Origin: Podarcis cretensis
Taxonomy: Eukaryota
Direction: 5' to 3'
Assembly: GCA_951804945.1 (NCBI GenBank)
Contig: OX638162.1
Location: forward strand, 30,194,001 to 30,258,000
DNA length: 64,000 nt
Shown here: positions 19,265 to 34,200 of the stretch, piece after piece
How positions within the stretch are numbered: the stretch's first letter is position 1
Layout: every line of letters begins with the position of its first letter
Translations under genes and position numbers: made by a program
Notes under the pieces: model-generated
Seen by the model: the letters and a program-made list of their open reading frames with translations, nothing else
Told to the model about the DNA's origin: nothing
Database searches by the model: none

Positions 19265-22200
19265 TTACATCCTTGAACCTCGCTCCTGCAAGATCTGGAA
19301 GGAAACAAACAAAAAGTGGTGAGATTCTGCATGGTAAGGTTCTCCAGCGAGACTCACACAGTGGAAAGACTCCAGCATTCTTGAAGGCAAAACCTTAAAA
19401 CAGGCAAACAAACTGATTTTGTTCTCTGACGCAAGACACCTTGGAACATGATGGTGAACTAGGCAGTCAGCTGCTACTCAAAACATAGGAAGTTAATTAA
19501 GGGAACTGCCAACAGGCCAGACTCACCCATTCCCTACAAAACTAGCTAGGTTGTACAGCTAGGCCAGTGTATGTGAGTGGTCCAGCTCCCAGTTTGAAAA
19601 GAACAGCTGTGGATTAAAAAATGGGCCATATATGCAACCAACAGCTCGTTTTGCTGATTATGTTCTCACTAAGCGTTAGTGGTAAGAGGTGTTTGAGAGT
19701 AGAATGGACTCCCTCGGAAGGTGTGGGCTCTTCTTCCTTGGAGGTTTTCAAGCAGAGGTTGGATGGCCATCTGTCAGGGATTCTTCAGCTGTGATTCCTG
19801 CATTATAGGGAGTTGGACTAAATGACCCTTGGAGATCCATTTCCAACTCTACAATTCTATGACTCTATGGCATTTATTAGTATAACATTTGCAATCTGCA
19901 AGTAGGGGTGCAGCTACTGGAAATCCCCCTCCCCTCCGAAAGGTTAATTCAAGTGAACAACAGTTGTAGATCACAACCTGAGGCTGCAGAACCATGCCTG
20001 CCTGGGTTCTTTGCTCCAGTTTTGATACCCCCCCCCCCCTTTAGTGCTTATTTTATTGTTTTTCAAGCAATGAGGATGTCTTCAGTAGCCAGTGTGCTAG
20101 ATTTAAAGTTTCTAATACAGTACAGCCTGTCTGCCTTTTCCAAAGAAAGATGTACAAATACCCCACTTTCCGGTGTGTTCAGTCATCAGTGTCTTAGTTT
20201 GTGTATAAACAATATTGAAGGATTACCGGTATGCACTTTAATTGGGAGAGGGTACACTTCACTCTCTTCTTTGAGGCAGAAATGTGTAACACGTTTTTAG
20301 ACAATCATAAGGTCCCTCTATCAAATTTTCAGCAATTGGGATCCAGTTAGTGAGATTTAATAATTCCATGGTATAACTTCACATTCTGAAGGAAAGATAT
20401 GTAAATATCCTGGCTTCATAGATTTTTCTAGCAATTAAGTATCTTGCCCTGTATCAGGGTTGGAGAATCCTTTTGGCTGCCTCCTCCCTGCCTGGAACCG
20501 GGTGGTGATGACATCAACTACTAGAAGAAACCACCATAAAACTCCAAGTCACTTTGGAGACACCTTGGCCAAGAACAGGAAATAAAGGTGTTGCTGTGGC
20601 AGGCTGTGCAGACTTCACAGGTGGCCTCGGCTGCCCACAAGCTGCTGCCTTCCTCCTCGCCTGGGGATGTGCAGTACAGATCAGAGGTACTTTTCAGCCC
20701 TCAACTGAAGGACCTGGGAAGGGCACTCAAAGAGCCTCATTCCAGGCCACTATTTGTGTTGCTTGAGGAGGACGAGGACTAAGGAGAACTCAGTGCAGTG
20801 GCTCTGCCAGAGAATCAAGGAGCCTCACTCCTTGGCTTCACCAAGCAAGGATAAGATAGTTCAAATAATAACATGAATCATTATTATTTTTAAAGACCCT
20901 TATCTGCTTAATAGCACTGGCATGTTGGGAACCCAAAACATCTCAGGGCAAAATACCCCTCGTAGCCAACACAGTGTATGTTGATGTTTCAGCACTGCAT
21001 CATTTGGCCAGCAACACCTGCAGTTTCCACTAGGCCTTTTCTCCTCCAAAGAATTCCCAGGGACCTTCTCTGCAAAATCCTCACCTGTTTCTCCTCTTTG
21101 CAGCAGCACTGATGAAAATGGATAGTGTTGGCCTTGAACAGGGACAAATCCCCACTCAGGGCAAGCAGGGAAAAACACAACATGCCTTGCTTTTACTAGA
21201 TTGTCGCTGGGGAAATAAGAGTCAACACATCAGCTCCCTTAAAAACAACTCAGGACCTTGATTGTGGAATCCACTAGGTAGCTCAAGGCCAGTCCCTCAC
21301 ATAGTAATGCAGGGCTTTATATACTTGGAGGAGGGACACACTACGGGTGTGTGAAGCACAGGGAATTTCCAGCCCATCCCAGTGCTGCTTTCTGGTAGAT
21401 CCACCATTGGAAAAGTTCACACCTCCTGACTCAGACTCCTGGCACCCTTCTCCCCACCTCTTTCTCCTTTCATCATGGCAAAACAGGGAAGGTGTGCACA
21501 CTTGTAGTCTGCTCACTCAGCAAAAGAACCAGACCAACTTTCTACTACAGCTCTGGCAGCCATGGTGACAATCCTTCTGCTCCTTTTGAATCGTTAGGCC
21601 AGTCTTGAGGCTGGCCTGCAAACATGAGGCTGTTCCCTCCAGAAAGCAAAGAACCAAGATTATTTTTGAGCAGGAGACTCCTCTTGGAATGAACCTACTG
21701 GATCTAGTCCACTATCCTGTTATTACAGTGGTCAACCACTGTGAAGCTCACAAGCAGAATATCGGTGCAACAGGTGCACCCTGCAGTGCAACAACTGCCT
21801 CCAGTACTGGCTATGGGCCTCATAGCTATCTACAGTCTCCTCCTCCTCCATAAATCTGTCTAATCCTCTTTCAAAGCCATCATCTTGCAGGAGTGTGCAC
21901 TGTGTTAGGAAGCACTTCCTTTTCTCTATCCTGAATCTTCCAGCATGCAGCTTCCTTGATGACCCCTCTGAATTCTAGTATTAGGAGGGAGAAAGAAACT
22001 CTATCCACTTTCTCCACAAACACAGAGTTCTTTCCAATTTGTTTCCCCTGCTCTCATAGCAGATGTGAAGTCTGCACCCAAACTCAAAGAGAAAACAATT
22101 GTAGACATCTGATTGAAGACAATGTTTCATGGCATGCAATCCGGAATTCCTGAAGGCGTACTAGTTAAAAAAAGAAAAGAGCAAGCAACCCAATGTCTGT

Positions 22201-25200
22201 GGCCATTGTAGGAAGGCGACTGCAACTCAGACGTTTTGGCCCCTATCTTCCCCTGGTTTTCTAAAGTGAAAAGCAGATGGGTTCCCTGGTGGAGTCTTGC
22301 TTTCCTCCCTGTGAGAAGAGCCACAAAAACACATTTCCTCTGAAGAGGACCAACAGCAGCAGGAAGTAAAGGAGCCAACACACAAGTGGACCACTAGGCA
22401 GTCTAGGGGCCTACGGCTACCCGGCAACGGGGTCAAGGCAGCAACTACAAACACAAAACAAGATGCACCAGTGGGAGAGGCCAGAGGGAGGACAGGCAGG
22501 TGGGTGAAGTCCTAGTGCTCACCATGGCATTCACACTTAATCTGAGTCATTCATATCGTAATCCGTCTCTTCATCTTCACTCTGAGTTTCATGAAGCAAG
22601 TGCAAAGAGCAGGAAGGAAAGGAAAAGAAAAGAGTGCAAGGTGAGTAAAGTACAAACGTCCCCAGGCTGCCTGAGAGAGGATTCAAGGCTTCTGCTTGGT
22701 GATCTTTGGACAACTGGCCCGTTCACTTCAACAGCTGCCCTACAAAAGGAGATCCAGGAAAGAGATCCGGAAAAGTCTGGCCTGGATTTGTCTTAGCATG
22801 AGACTTCTGTCCAAGCCAGCCCCTGAATTGTGAAGGGTAACCCAGAAGAGTCTTCTGCGAGTTGATCACAGAAGCAATCCAACAGTGCAGCCAGTCAATC
22901 AATCGCTGGAAGAGCAGCTACAACGCAAGGAAAAAGCCATCACAGTGTGAAGAGGGCGAACCACCACTGAAAACAGCTGTCAAGCTGCCAAGCAGCAGCA
23001 AAACACCCATATCCAGTGTCAAGGACCTCTGGCACAGCAAGGGACATGGCGCACAGGGCTGCAATAGGTGGGTGTGTTGAAAACAGAGTGCCTCACCTTG
23101 CACTAGAGTAAGTCACTGGTTACCATCCCATAGGTTTCACATCCAGAAGAAGCAAATAGTTTATGGTCAAATCCCACCTTTTGGTGGCTAAACATTACTA
23201 GCCTGGAAACACTGGAAATTGAACTTTCGTCCACAGACCAAAAACAGTATTTCTAATTTATGTGCTTTCATGTGAAAGCAGTTTAGTAACTTTCAGGGTG
23301 TCTGGCTCAGATGCTGTAATTCCATATTCCCTCTTCCTTTTGTCTAACTTCCCCCAACCAACTTTTTTTAAAACAAACAAAAAAAAGATACACATGTGTA
23401 TCTGAAGAAGTGTGCATGCACACGAAAGCTCATACCAAGAACTAACTTAGTTGGTCTTTAAGGTGCTACTGGAAGGAATTTTTGTTTGTTTGTTTGTTTT
23501 GACTATGGCAGACCAACACGGCTACCTATCTGTAACTGCAACTTTTTTTAGTTAATCAAGATTTAATTGGGCATGGGAGCCCGAGTTGTTTTTTTTTGTT
23601 GATATATTTAAAAGCAAACTCCTAAGGATGTGCATAAGAGGCACCTCTCTCTTCAAAAGAACTCAACAGAGAGAGATGCCTGTCCCTTTGCCCTGTGTCC
23701 CAGCCACCATCACCCCAGCCCCATACAACCTTTCCTGATAAACATCCAAACAGTTTCTTAGCTGGTTAGCAGCTGCTCTGCAGGGTGTGAGCTGGAGAGC
23801 ACTCATGCCTGCAAGGACACCTGGATTCCACCTCGTGTGCCAGAGGTCTTGTTGAACTATAACTGGCCATTAGTGAAGATGCAAGAAGCTGGGCTCCCTC
23901 GTGTCTGCGGGCTCTGCCCTGCACCTTTACTAATTCACCCAACTCCAACATCATCTTCCTCCTTCTCAACAGGCACAGATCCCAGCATGGCCACTTCTCT
24001 CTAGCATGCAAATGCCACACAATGCAAGAGTGCCAGATGAACACAAAAAACCTTGCCTCCTATCTGTGCCCTCTTCATTAATTCAGGAGTTCATCCGGCA
24101 CATTCACATGCACCTTCAGAAACAATCACTCTACAATCTGGCTGTTTACAAAGCCAAAGGCCAAGGGAAAGCATAAGGTAGAGAGTGAAATAGGACAGTG
24201 AGACAGAAATCGCACATTTGCTTCCAAGCTGCCTGGCACACTGTTTGCCAGCTTCTTGAACAGCAGCAGCAGCAGCTTCATTTAAAATGGTGCAGATGGA
24301 TGGAAGATGAAGGGCCCAGCATCTCCCAGGGAGGGAGGCTGGGGGAAGAGGGGGAAGCTCCCAGGTAAGAGCTGGGAGGGTTCATCCGTCTGTATGTGGA
24401 ATAAAGGTTAAGATATAATTATGATAGAGAACCTTGTTATTTTTCTTCTCCTGATCTCTTTCTACTTCTTTATTGTCTTCTTTTGTGTGCCTATTTATCT
24501 TCTTTTGATTAGTTTGGCTTTCATTGTATTTTATGTTGAAAACTCAATGAAAAATGTGCAGAGGGCTGGCATTAACTTATGCCCATGGCACAACTGTGTT
24601 AATTAACAATTATGCATGACACCAGAACCTTGGTTCATCTCAGTCAACTGTAGCCTGGCATAGGCCTGATGCATCTTGGGACATATGCTCCTTTGCCTTT
24701 CTCTCCCCCATCCCCCGGAATTCTGACCCTTTTGTCTCTACTGAATGCCACATGACATGAACGCAGACATCCTGATTTTAACCACAACAGAGCAGCCAGA
24801 CAATAACACTGACAACCAAGGGCAGGGCCTCTAATTATAGTCCTGTCGGCAGAGTGCTTTCTCAGGCCAGAGAGAAATTTCTCGCCATGATTTATGGAAA
24901 AGTTAGGAGTAGATCAAGGGACTGTTTAACTCAGGGGAGCTAAGACAGTCAGAATTGGGCACCATGTCGGCCCCAGGACAGGAGATATTAGCCACATACC
25001 AGACTCTCACCACTTTCTCGAAAGTAAGAATATCATTGACATTATTGATCAAGTTTCACTAAGTGTATTTCAGTAGCGAGTCTTTGAATTGTGTAGGTGG
25101 GGGGAATTCCTCAGAGCTCCACTTTGCCTCTTTCACCCTGCACTCACAAGGAAAGCTTTTGCTGGATTTAAGGCCATGAAACTTTAGGTACCTCAAGTTG

Positions 25201-28200
25201 GAAACTAGAAAGAAAGAGAACCCTGAAGTCATGGGATACCCTACCTTTCCTTCTCCCAATACAGGGCATCTTAAATTCTCCAGCTTAGAGTTATGGGTGT
25301 GTTAGAATCAAAAGCACCTGCCAGTCTATATACCATATTGGCCCAAATATAAGCTGCACCTTTAAAATTGGAGGGGGGGAAAGAAAATATACTTGAATAT
25401 AAGCCGCTCCCATCCTCGCTGCTTCTGGTTGCGTACTGGGAAGGGGGGGGGAGCTGTGCTGTACTGCCGGCGGCCTTTCCCCTTCCTTGTTCTCTCCATT
25501 CCTGGTCTTGAGGGAGAAGATGGGGAACCACATGCAGGGCGGGCACTACTTCGCCGCATTCCTGCCACTGTTTGCCCCGCACTCCTGGCTGCATACCGTA
25601 AGGTCGCAAATATAAGCCACACTTTTCATGGTCGGAATTTGGGGGGGAAAGTGTGGCTTATATTCAGGCCAACAAGGCATGCCTGTGTTGGCATACATGC
25701 CTGTGTTGGCCTTGACACTGAAATGAGATTTATATGCCTTTATTTTTTGGTTCAACAAATGAAGGTTTCCATGTTGGTGGGTGGGTCTGTGTTTTTTGGG
25801 TTGCACCCACATGCAGGCACACCTAGAATAGCACCTGTCGTTTTCCAGAAAAAGGTTTAGCTGCTCTTTGGGAGTTGGGTGTTTGGGGATTAGACATCCA
25901 CACATCCATAACCATTCCTTTTGCATGGGGCAGGTTGTCTTCATACAGCTGAGTTTAACAGCACCAGCAATGAGATGGACAGAAGCCTAAAATGGCTTAT
26001 GAAGGCACCTCAGTGCTCTATCACACCCAAGGCTGGTTTACTGTTGCTCCTGCATAAGAGGTGTGATGTTGGAGCTTCCTTTTTCCACAACTGCTCAGTG
26101 TGCTCATGTGTGTCTTGTGCTTGGACACCTGAGAAAGGGTGGGCAGAGGATACCCAAGCAAGCTGCTTTCTTAGTAGCAACTGACAAACAACCTTTGATG
26201 GCAGAGGAAGGCAGCAGCTGGGCCTTGCTCAACCCTGAAGATGACTCACCTTTGCCTTTTCGCTGGGCTCACTGGCTGTGCCATAAGGGGTGTTGTGCAG
26301 CTCCTTGGAAACAACACAAAGGAATTCGGCCTGGTCTTCATTCCCATAATTATAGGAAGATCCAATGCTGACTAGCTGGAGGTGGGAAAGAGAGACAACT
26401 GAGGGTGGCTCTTCTTGTGCTTCAGACAGAACTTAATAAGGGATTACAACCAAAGCTCTGACAGTCAACATTCTGGGCTATTAAATAAAGGTGGAGCTCT
26501 CTCCTTCCTGTTCCCACAAGGGGCATCTAACATTAAGAGTGGCCCCTGTCCCTTCCTATAATTCATGCTCAGGCAGGAGAGTGTGGCATTGTGCAGATAG
26601 GAGGCTTCAGTGTTTTACAGGAGTGTAAGCAGTCCTGACCACACAGAGCACTGACTGTGTAAACACACAGCTGCGAAACTCCTAGAATGTTGCACAGAAG
26701 GAAGACTGCAGGCCTAGAGCCATCCACAATGGATGTACAAAATACAGGCCTAGAGACAGAGTTGTGGGGAATCCACACTCTTCTTTGCTCTTGGAGAGCT
26801 AGTGCCTGTTGAGGGACAGTTCTTAGCCAAAAAGATTTTGATTGATTCCTCCTTCTGCTCTCCAAATCTCCATTAACTGAGAATCTTCCACCACAGAGAG
26901 CTGCTCTGCTTGTACAAACAAATACCAGTGATCTGATCAGTACTGCAATACTGATGGCAGGATCTGAAGCACTGGCCCTGACATGGCATCTTGGTGGACA
27001 AACATCACTACATGGCTAGTTTAGAGCCTAGTTACGAGAATTTCTAATTTTCCAACCAGAGCAGCGCACGCACAAAAAACAGCTAGCAGTGTTCATATCA
27101 CCACCAGAGTTAATCCCAGAGGTCTGTGTTTCCAAGAGCTCTCTACATAAAAAGTGGAGCAAATGGATCTTTGCCTTGAAACGGCCACCTGGCACAGTGC
27201 TGGAGGAATGAAGTGCTTGGTGCCTGCTGTGTGATTTCCCATGGAAATGCCAAGAAGGTGCAACTCAGAGGCTGAGAGTATAAGCTGCAAATCAAGCATC
27301 TCCTAAGGCACAAGCTCAGTGGCACAACCAAGGATTATTCCCAGTAGGGAAATAATGATATTGTCCTTCTTTACAGAGTTACTTTAAGAAACAACTAGAG
27401 TTAATATGTGATGCACTTTGAGCATTCAGGCACTGCTGTAAAAGTACAAGCTAATAATATTATTATTTGTATGAACTTCCTGACCATTCCAGGACCCAGG
27501 CCCACAACACCCACAATTATTCCAACCCTCACACTCCTCTTGCCTGCTTTTTTGTTTGTTTGTATGGTCCCTGAAAGACTGAACAGTTTGCTTCCTGTTC
27601 TCTTACCTGCTCAAATTTCCATCCATCAGACATGGTGGAGACCATCTGAGTCAACTCCTCTTCCTGGCACTGCAGCACCCTGTAAACGTGCTTGACTGGC
27701 ACCTTTGGTGAAAAACACAGAGAGACAGCTGAAAGATGAAGCAGGCCAAGAATGGCCACTGGTTTCAACCATCATGTCTTCCAAACGAGTCCCTTCTCCG
27801 TTACCACTGAGCTCCAGAGTGCAAAAAAGCCCCTTGCCTCAGCCTCTGAGGCCTGCCCAGCCGGCAGCAAGATCTCTCTGCTGCCCTCCTCCCCTTGGCA
27901 TTGCCACAAGCACAAACATTTCACTCATGAAAGGAAAAAGGGCATCTGATACCACCAGAAGCCACTTCTCATAATTCCCTCAGTTTGGGCACCAAACACA
28001 GCCACACATTCTGAAATGAAGTCAAGCCAAGGATACCTCAAAAACAAATCAATTTTTTTTAAAAAACTAGCAGGTCCTACCTGTGAGATTTTGCTGTCTC
28101 GTTCCCTTATTTTGTCCTTTACAAGTTTGATTAAGGATGTGATGTTGTAGAATTCAGCTTCTTCAAGCACACCTGATTGGAGGGGAACACAAAGTCAAAA

Positions 28201-31200
28201 GAGGGCCTCATAAAACTCCAGCTGCTTGTGAGAAAGTCTGTGTCACCAACAGGCCCTGAGAGGCACTGCATGGCCAAGCGGCAGACTGTCCCTCTGAAGC
28301 GTTGCCCTGGTCAGGATGAGGCAAGGCCTCTGCTCCAAGACCAAAGCAGAAAGAGAAAGCCCAGGAGAGAGGAGAGTGTTCCAGGTAGGTCATGCACCAG
28401 CCAACAACCTCCCCAAAACAGTGACCTCACAGCACTTCAGGTGCCGGATCCTGGTTTCTAAAGGATCATTCAGGTCTCAAGATCTGAAGGCCACTGCAAG
28501 TTGTAGAGCAATGCTACAAACTAGCCCAGCCTAAACAGGCTGCCATGCTTTGCGTAAGTGAAACCAATTACTGTACACCCAAAGTGATTTTTCACAGCTG
28601 TGGTCAAACATTAAAGCAGTTTTCCTAAACAGCAAAACATACCTTCCTCTGCGAGGTCTTTATTGATAACCAGTTTCCCATGTCGGAGATAATTCAACAC
28701 CGGTCCAAAGTAGGTTGGATCTCTGTCTATTAAGTAGGCACCTGTTTCATCCTAATTAAAATATGTATGTTACTTATTTATATAGAAATTGTCTTATCAC
28801 ACCTAAGCCATCCTATTCCCAGATCAGCCAACTAAATTAAAATACCAGATTAAATTAGTGTGAGACCCCACAGAGATCCTGACATTCCAACCATGACATG
28901 CCCTCATCCATGTCATAAATCAGAAGCTTCCACCATGGATTCAGTGCTCTGCATTAATGAATAATCAGAGCTTCAGTTTGGAGGTCTTAATTGTGAAACA
29001 GAGCTACTACTCAGCTAGTTTCTAATCTCTAATCAATTACCGCAAGGGATTGTGAAAATTAATAATTTGGCTCAAATGACAATCTATATTAATGTGGGGT
29101 AAGAAAAGCTTAGTAACATTTATCCAAATGAGAACAATCCATTTCATTCAACCAGTAGTTATGGTCTTTATACTAAATAATAAACCTAAAATTGCAACCA
29201 AACCAATAAAGCCCACAAATATCCGGGTTAGATCCAGGCTTAGAAATGTAATGAATGGTCCCTACAGTTCATAAAATGACTCTGACTGAGTTGAGGTATC
29301 CATTGCAGGAAGATGCCTTTCTCCAATTCTCGCTGCAGATCCCAGCAATCTCCCCTACCCAAAGGTTCTGGTGGGTCCCTCAACCATCTGGAGAAGATTT
29401 TTGGAAGGCAAAAGGAACCGAACAGGAAATCAGCAAAAATCTCCTCCTCCTGTCAAGAAGAGGGGCTGTTTAATAAAACATCAAAGGGGCTTAAAAGGTA
29501 TTTTGTTACACACCTGTACAGAAATATGATTTTGCAGAAGGTTGCCAGAGCCCTCTGAATTCACATTATTTTTATGAGCTGAACACAAAAATTTACCATC
29601 CAATCAAGGCTCACAGCATTTTCCTGAACGGCAATTTTGTTATCGTGATTTCTCATAGGGGTGGTTCCAATTATTAAATTTGCCCTGATATTATTTGGTT
29701 TTTATGGCATTGGCTTTAACATTTGCAATTTATAATATTTAGAGGGGGAAAATGAGTTGGGGGGGACATGGCAGAGGTGTATAAAATTATGCATGGTGTA
29801 CAGAAACCTCTCCCTCCCTCAAGACTCAGGGCCACACAACAGGTTGAACTTTTGAAGATTTAGGACAGACAAAACGAAGGACTTTTCATTCATTTTTCCT
29901 TGATATAGAAATATGGATGTTGTGACAATAATAATGAATAAAAGTGAAAATGCAAAACCAAAACTAAAATAAAGGAAATCACAAGGACTGAATTTCCACT
30001 AAGATTTTTTAAAAAGAAAAAAGGAAGGACTTCTTCACACAGCACACAGTTAAACTATAGAATTTACTCCTGCAATAAGTAGTGATGACCACCAACTTGA
30101 ACGGCTTTTAAAAAGGATTGGACAAATTCATGGAAGATCCAGCTACCAATGGCTACTAGCCACAATGCTATGCTCCACCTCCACTGTCAGAGGTGCTATG
30201 TCTCTGAAGCTCAGTTGGAGGGAAACCCAAAAGGGAGAGAGCTGCTGCTGCTGCTGTATTCAGGTATTGTTTGTGGCCTATTCATTCAAGCACCTGGTGA
30301 GTCCAGGGTGCTGGACCAGATGGGCTCTTTTTATGTATTGTATGCTACTGCTTCTACGGAAACCACATTGGGAGCTTTTACTCTGAAAGGAGGAATCCAA
30401 CAATAAATAAATATGGTGGCAGAATGAACTACAAAGATCATGGATCCAGTGTTTTGTGACATTACCATACTGCAAAAACCTAGATTCTAGGCATGGATCC
30501 TCTTTATTCTTAGAAAGCAGCTCACAAAAATATACCAGCTACTCACAATCTGCATCTATCCCCACTGATTGCATTGAAAACATAACAGTCACTATCTTTC
30601 GATTCTACAGGGGCCAGAATGGTAGTTTTCAGGAAAAGAAGCTCAGCATTTTTTAAATAGAGAAACTCAAAATCCACTGCATAATCACAGTCCACATCTA
30701 ATACCATGACAATTAACTGATGTTGTATTTTAAATTTTTATGGTTTTGTTTGTATAGTTTTATGCATTATTGTAAACTGCTTTTTTTCTATGAAATAGTG
30801 GTATATAAGTATTTTTATAAATGCCCATTGGAATACAGAGAAACATCAGACAACATTTTTACATGAAAATGCCCCAAATTCACTATCAAAAGACAATGAA
30901 CATTATAAAATTGTAAAACTAATACTACGTGATGCTTGTGGTGCAAAAAAACTGGGAATGAAGAAGCACTGATCTTCATACATCATTTTTTTTTTTTTCA
31001 AATAGAACCCTTGACCACCTTTGTCTTATCATTATAGTTCACACCTCTGGTTACTCACCACAAAAATTAGCTTCTTGTTGCTGTACACAGCCCATTTCTG
31101 ATGGCCAGATCCTGATGGATCCATGTAATGATTAAATGTAAACTCCAGTCCCACTCTGGACATTCATGGATTACCAATTCAGTGTCTGTTCTGGTACTTA

Positions 31201-34200
31201 CAGGACATAATATACAATATTCGTAGCACGATGCTACAAGGTCTTTTGCATTCTTGTTGCAAACTTCAGGCCAATAAATTTTTTGGTGCTCTCAGTCCAT
31301 GCTGTGAAGATCCACACTGAAGGATCCAGGTCCTGTTGCATTGATTGGTATCTTACAATAAATATACAGCCTACTTGTGGATGGATGGGTTTTGAGGATG
31401 CAAATTATCTCTCTAAGTATGCAACAACTGTATTGCAAAACTCACAATTCTGGTGAGTCTTTGCACCACTAGCAAAAACATGAAACCTGGAAATGGCTTT
31501 TCTTGGATCTGAATGAGTTTTACCCTGGGTCTAATTTTTGGCACCATGATTAACTGTGATTTTTATGGAGCAGTCCATGGACAAAGATATAAGCATTGGT
31601 TTGATAGTGGATTTGAGGCAGCTTCATGTAAAAACCATGGATCCATGAGAATCTATCCAGCTCCTTCCCCCACTTCATTACTGGCTTGCCACAGTTCTAA
31701 AGTTAGAAAGCAGAATTTGGCACAGAGGTGTACAATGTGCAGTCCAGCAGCACTGGATTTTGCTGACCCCATGATTAAAGAGCACAATCAAGAGCACAGC
31801 TCTATTCTTATCAGAAAACAAATCTGAGTAGACTGTAATCTTGCACTGCTGAGCTTACTCAACTGACCTAATAAATATTTGCTCCATAAGGATCTGATTA
31901 CTATTATGCTTGTGGTAGTGTGGCTAGAATTAGCCAAGCAATGGAAAAGACTACAGTGGGGGGGGGGACTGTGGAAATAGCTTATCTGAGAAACTGACAT
32001 ACTAGGATCATACTGTCATGAGAAATTGTTTTTTGCTTGGCAGTACTGTACTTATGCCAGTAGGAGCAACCTGAAAGGTGGACTCTCTCCCCCTCCTACA
32101 ATTGTCTCATGAGCAAATATAGCAAGACATACTGGGAGACAGCTGTTTCGACAGTCTGATTTTCTTAGTGTATGCCCACTGTTTATGAAAGTAGCTACTC
32201 TAATTTTTTCAATGAATATTTAAAAAGTTAAGTAACAAGCAGCATCGATAAACAACATGATCTAGGCAAGTTCAGACTTGCACTCTGAGGCAATACACAA
32301 GGGGCGTTATCAGGAACTAAAGGGCAAGGAGAGGCAGCTCACTTGAGTCATTAAAAGCAAGCTTAAGCTATATGCCAACTGAGTCTTTCAGGACTGGAGT
32401 GCAATCTGACCACTGCCAAGGCACACTTAACAATTAACTAAGCAGCCAGGGGCACTATGAAGACTGTAAACTTTTATGGACTAGCATCTACCTCATCAAA
32501 TACATTGCATGTCATTGCTACATAGGTGCAGAGAAAGAAATACAAACAGTGAGATCATATGGAAATGAAATGCAAAAAGAGGCGTCACATTTGCATTAAA
32601 GCTTAAAATCCAACAGTTTCACTACCCCTTTGAAGATTCCTTATTCAAGTCCAGGAGCAACCAACATGGTGCCTTCCAGTTGTTGCTGAACTACAACTCC
32701 CACCTTCCCTGACAATTTGTCATGCTGGCTGGCACTGAAGCATGTCACAGTCCAACATAAGGAGGGCACCAAGTTAGCTATTCCTGAGTTAGTCTGTTGG
32801 GAGCGGACTTTCTGCATGTTGCCTTCATCTATGAGTCCAACCAGAAGAGAGAATAACTTTACTCCAGAGAAAATGAGCCAACTCCTAGGGGTGAAGGTCA
32901 ATAAAATATATTTGGCTAAAGTTGATGGGCATTGCCATTTAAATGGTGTGTTATACTGCATCATATGATTAATTATGTGGACTGGAGCTTACCTGCCCCC
33001 CCCCGCAAATATTTGATTCAAGTTGGCATCCTGGCCCCAGAGAAGAGGAACCTGTCTGGTGAAGAGAAGTCAAGGCCTGGAGATGCCCAGAGCCCAGATA
33101 TGCAGAGTCTAGAGCAGCCTTTGCTAATCTGGTGCTCTGCAGATGTTGTTGGACTTCAACCCCCATTAGCTCCTGCTGCCAGCCATGGATGATGGAAGTC
33201 AGAGTCCACCAGCATTTGGAGAATCATAGGTCCCCCCTGGGTAAAACAAGAGAACCTTCTACCTACTAAAAGAAGCCCGGAGACAAACCTGTTTTGAACA
33301 AGCCTTTTAGAGTGACTCTCAAGAAATACAGTCTCTTTCCCAAAGCTGATTTTCTACATCAACAGTAAGTTGGATCAGATAACCTTTGATGGCCCTCCTA
33401 GATTTACAAGTGAAATAATACTACCATGTCTTGTTACTTCTGTTCTGCCTAAGAAATCTGTCTTTTGTCTAAGGGTGTTAGAAACATTAGGGTTACAAGT
33501 CAGGCTTTATTTTCTCAAATCATGAGGACATAATCCCAGGTGGGTCACCTGGTTCATGTAGCCCCTAGGATGGACCCGTTTGGCCTGGATCTCCAAGCTG
33601 GAACCGAGACCAACCAGCTGGCCACATGGCCACAGCAACTATATTTGGGTTAGATTTTCCCTCATAAAACCTTGCTTTGTGTTAATATCTTGCTGGCTAG
33701 AGAGTTCTGATAAACTGAAAACTTCTCACATTTTCAAGACTTGTGGGCTTTGGTGGGGCCCAGCACTTCAGTACCGGAGTCTCTCACTTGCAGTATGCCT
33801 AGGGACCAGCAGCATGCCCATTGAGGCCCAGGTGGGCTTTGCACAGGCATAGGAAGGGCTCCTTTTATAGAAAGGGGGCTACAGCTGGTGCTCCACTTCA
33901 GGCAGCAAGATGCTTTGAGCTGGCACTGAGATCTCCCTTCAGCCCCGTCGCTCCACACCCTCTGCTCAGGACAGTGTGGATCCCTCCTGAACTCGCAGTG
34001 CAACCCTATGCATGTTTCCTCGGAAGCAAGTCCTACTGTGCTTAATGCATACTAATTATACATGCTCAACACTTAAAGTTGCCTGCCTAGATGCGGGAGA
34101 AAAGGCGGCCAACCTCCCGGGTAACCGACCAGAAAAGAGCGGGAACCTGACGGTGGGCGCCTCTTTCACGGTAACAACAGCGCCGCTGACACAGGTGGTC

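Noticed and set aside
30990-31700. Minus-strand stretch ending at an A-run, with a [23 protein letters not shown] segment reminiscent of an integrase zinc-binding region or a retrocopy
   Set aside because: Stops in all frames and similarity too weak to name; BLASTx/RepeatMasker would be needed.
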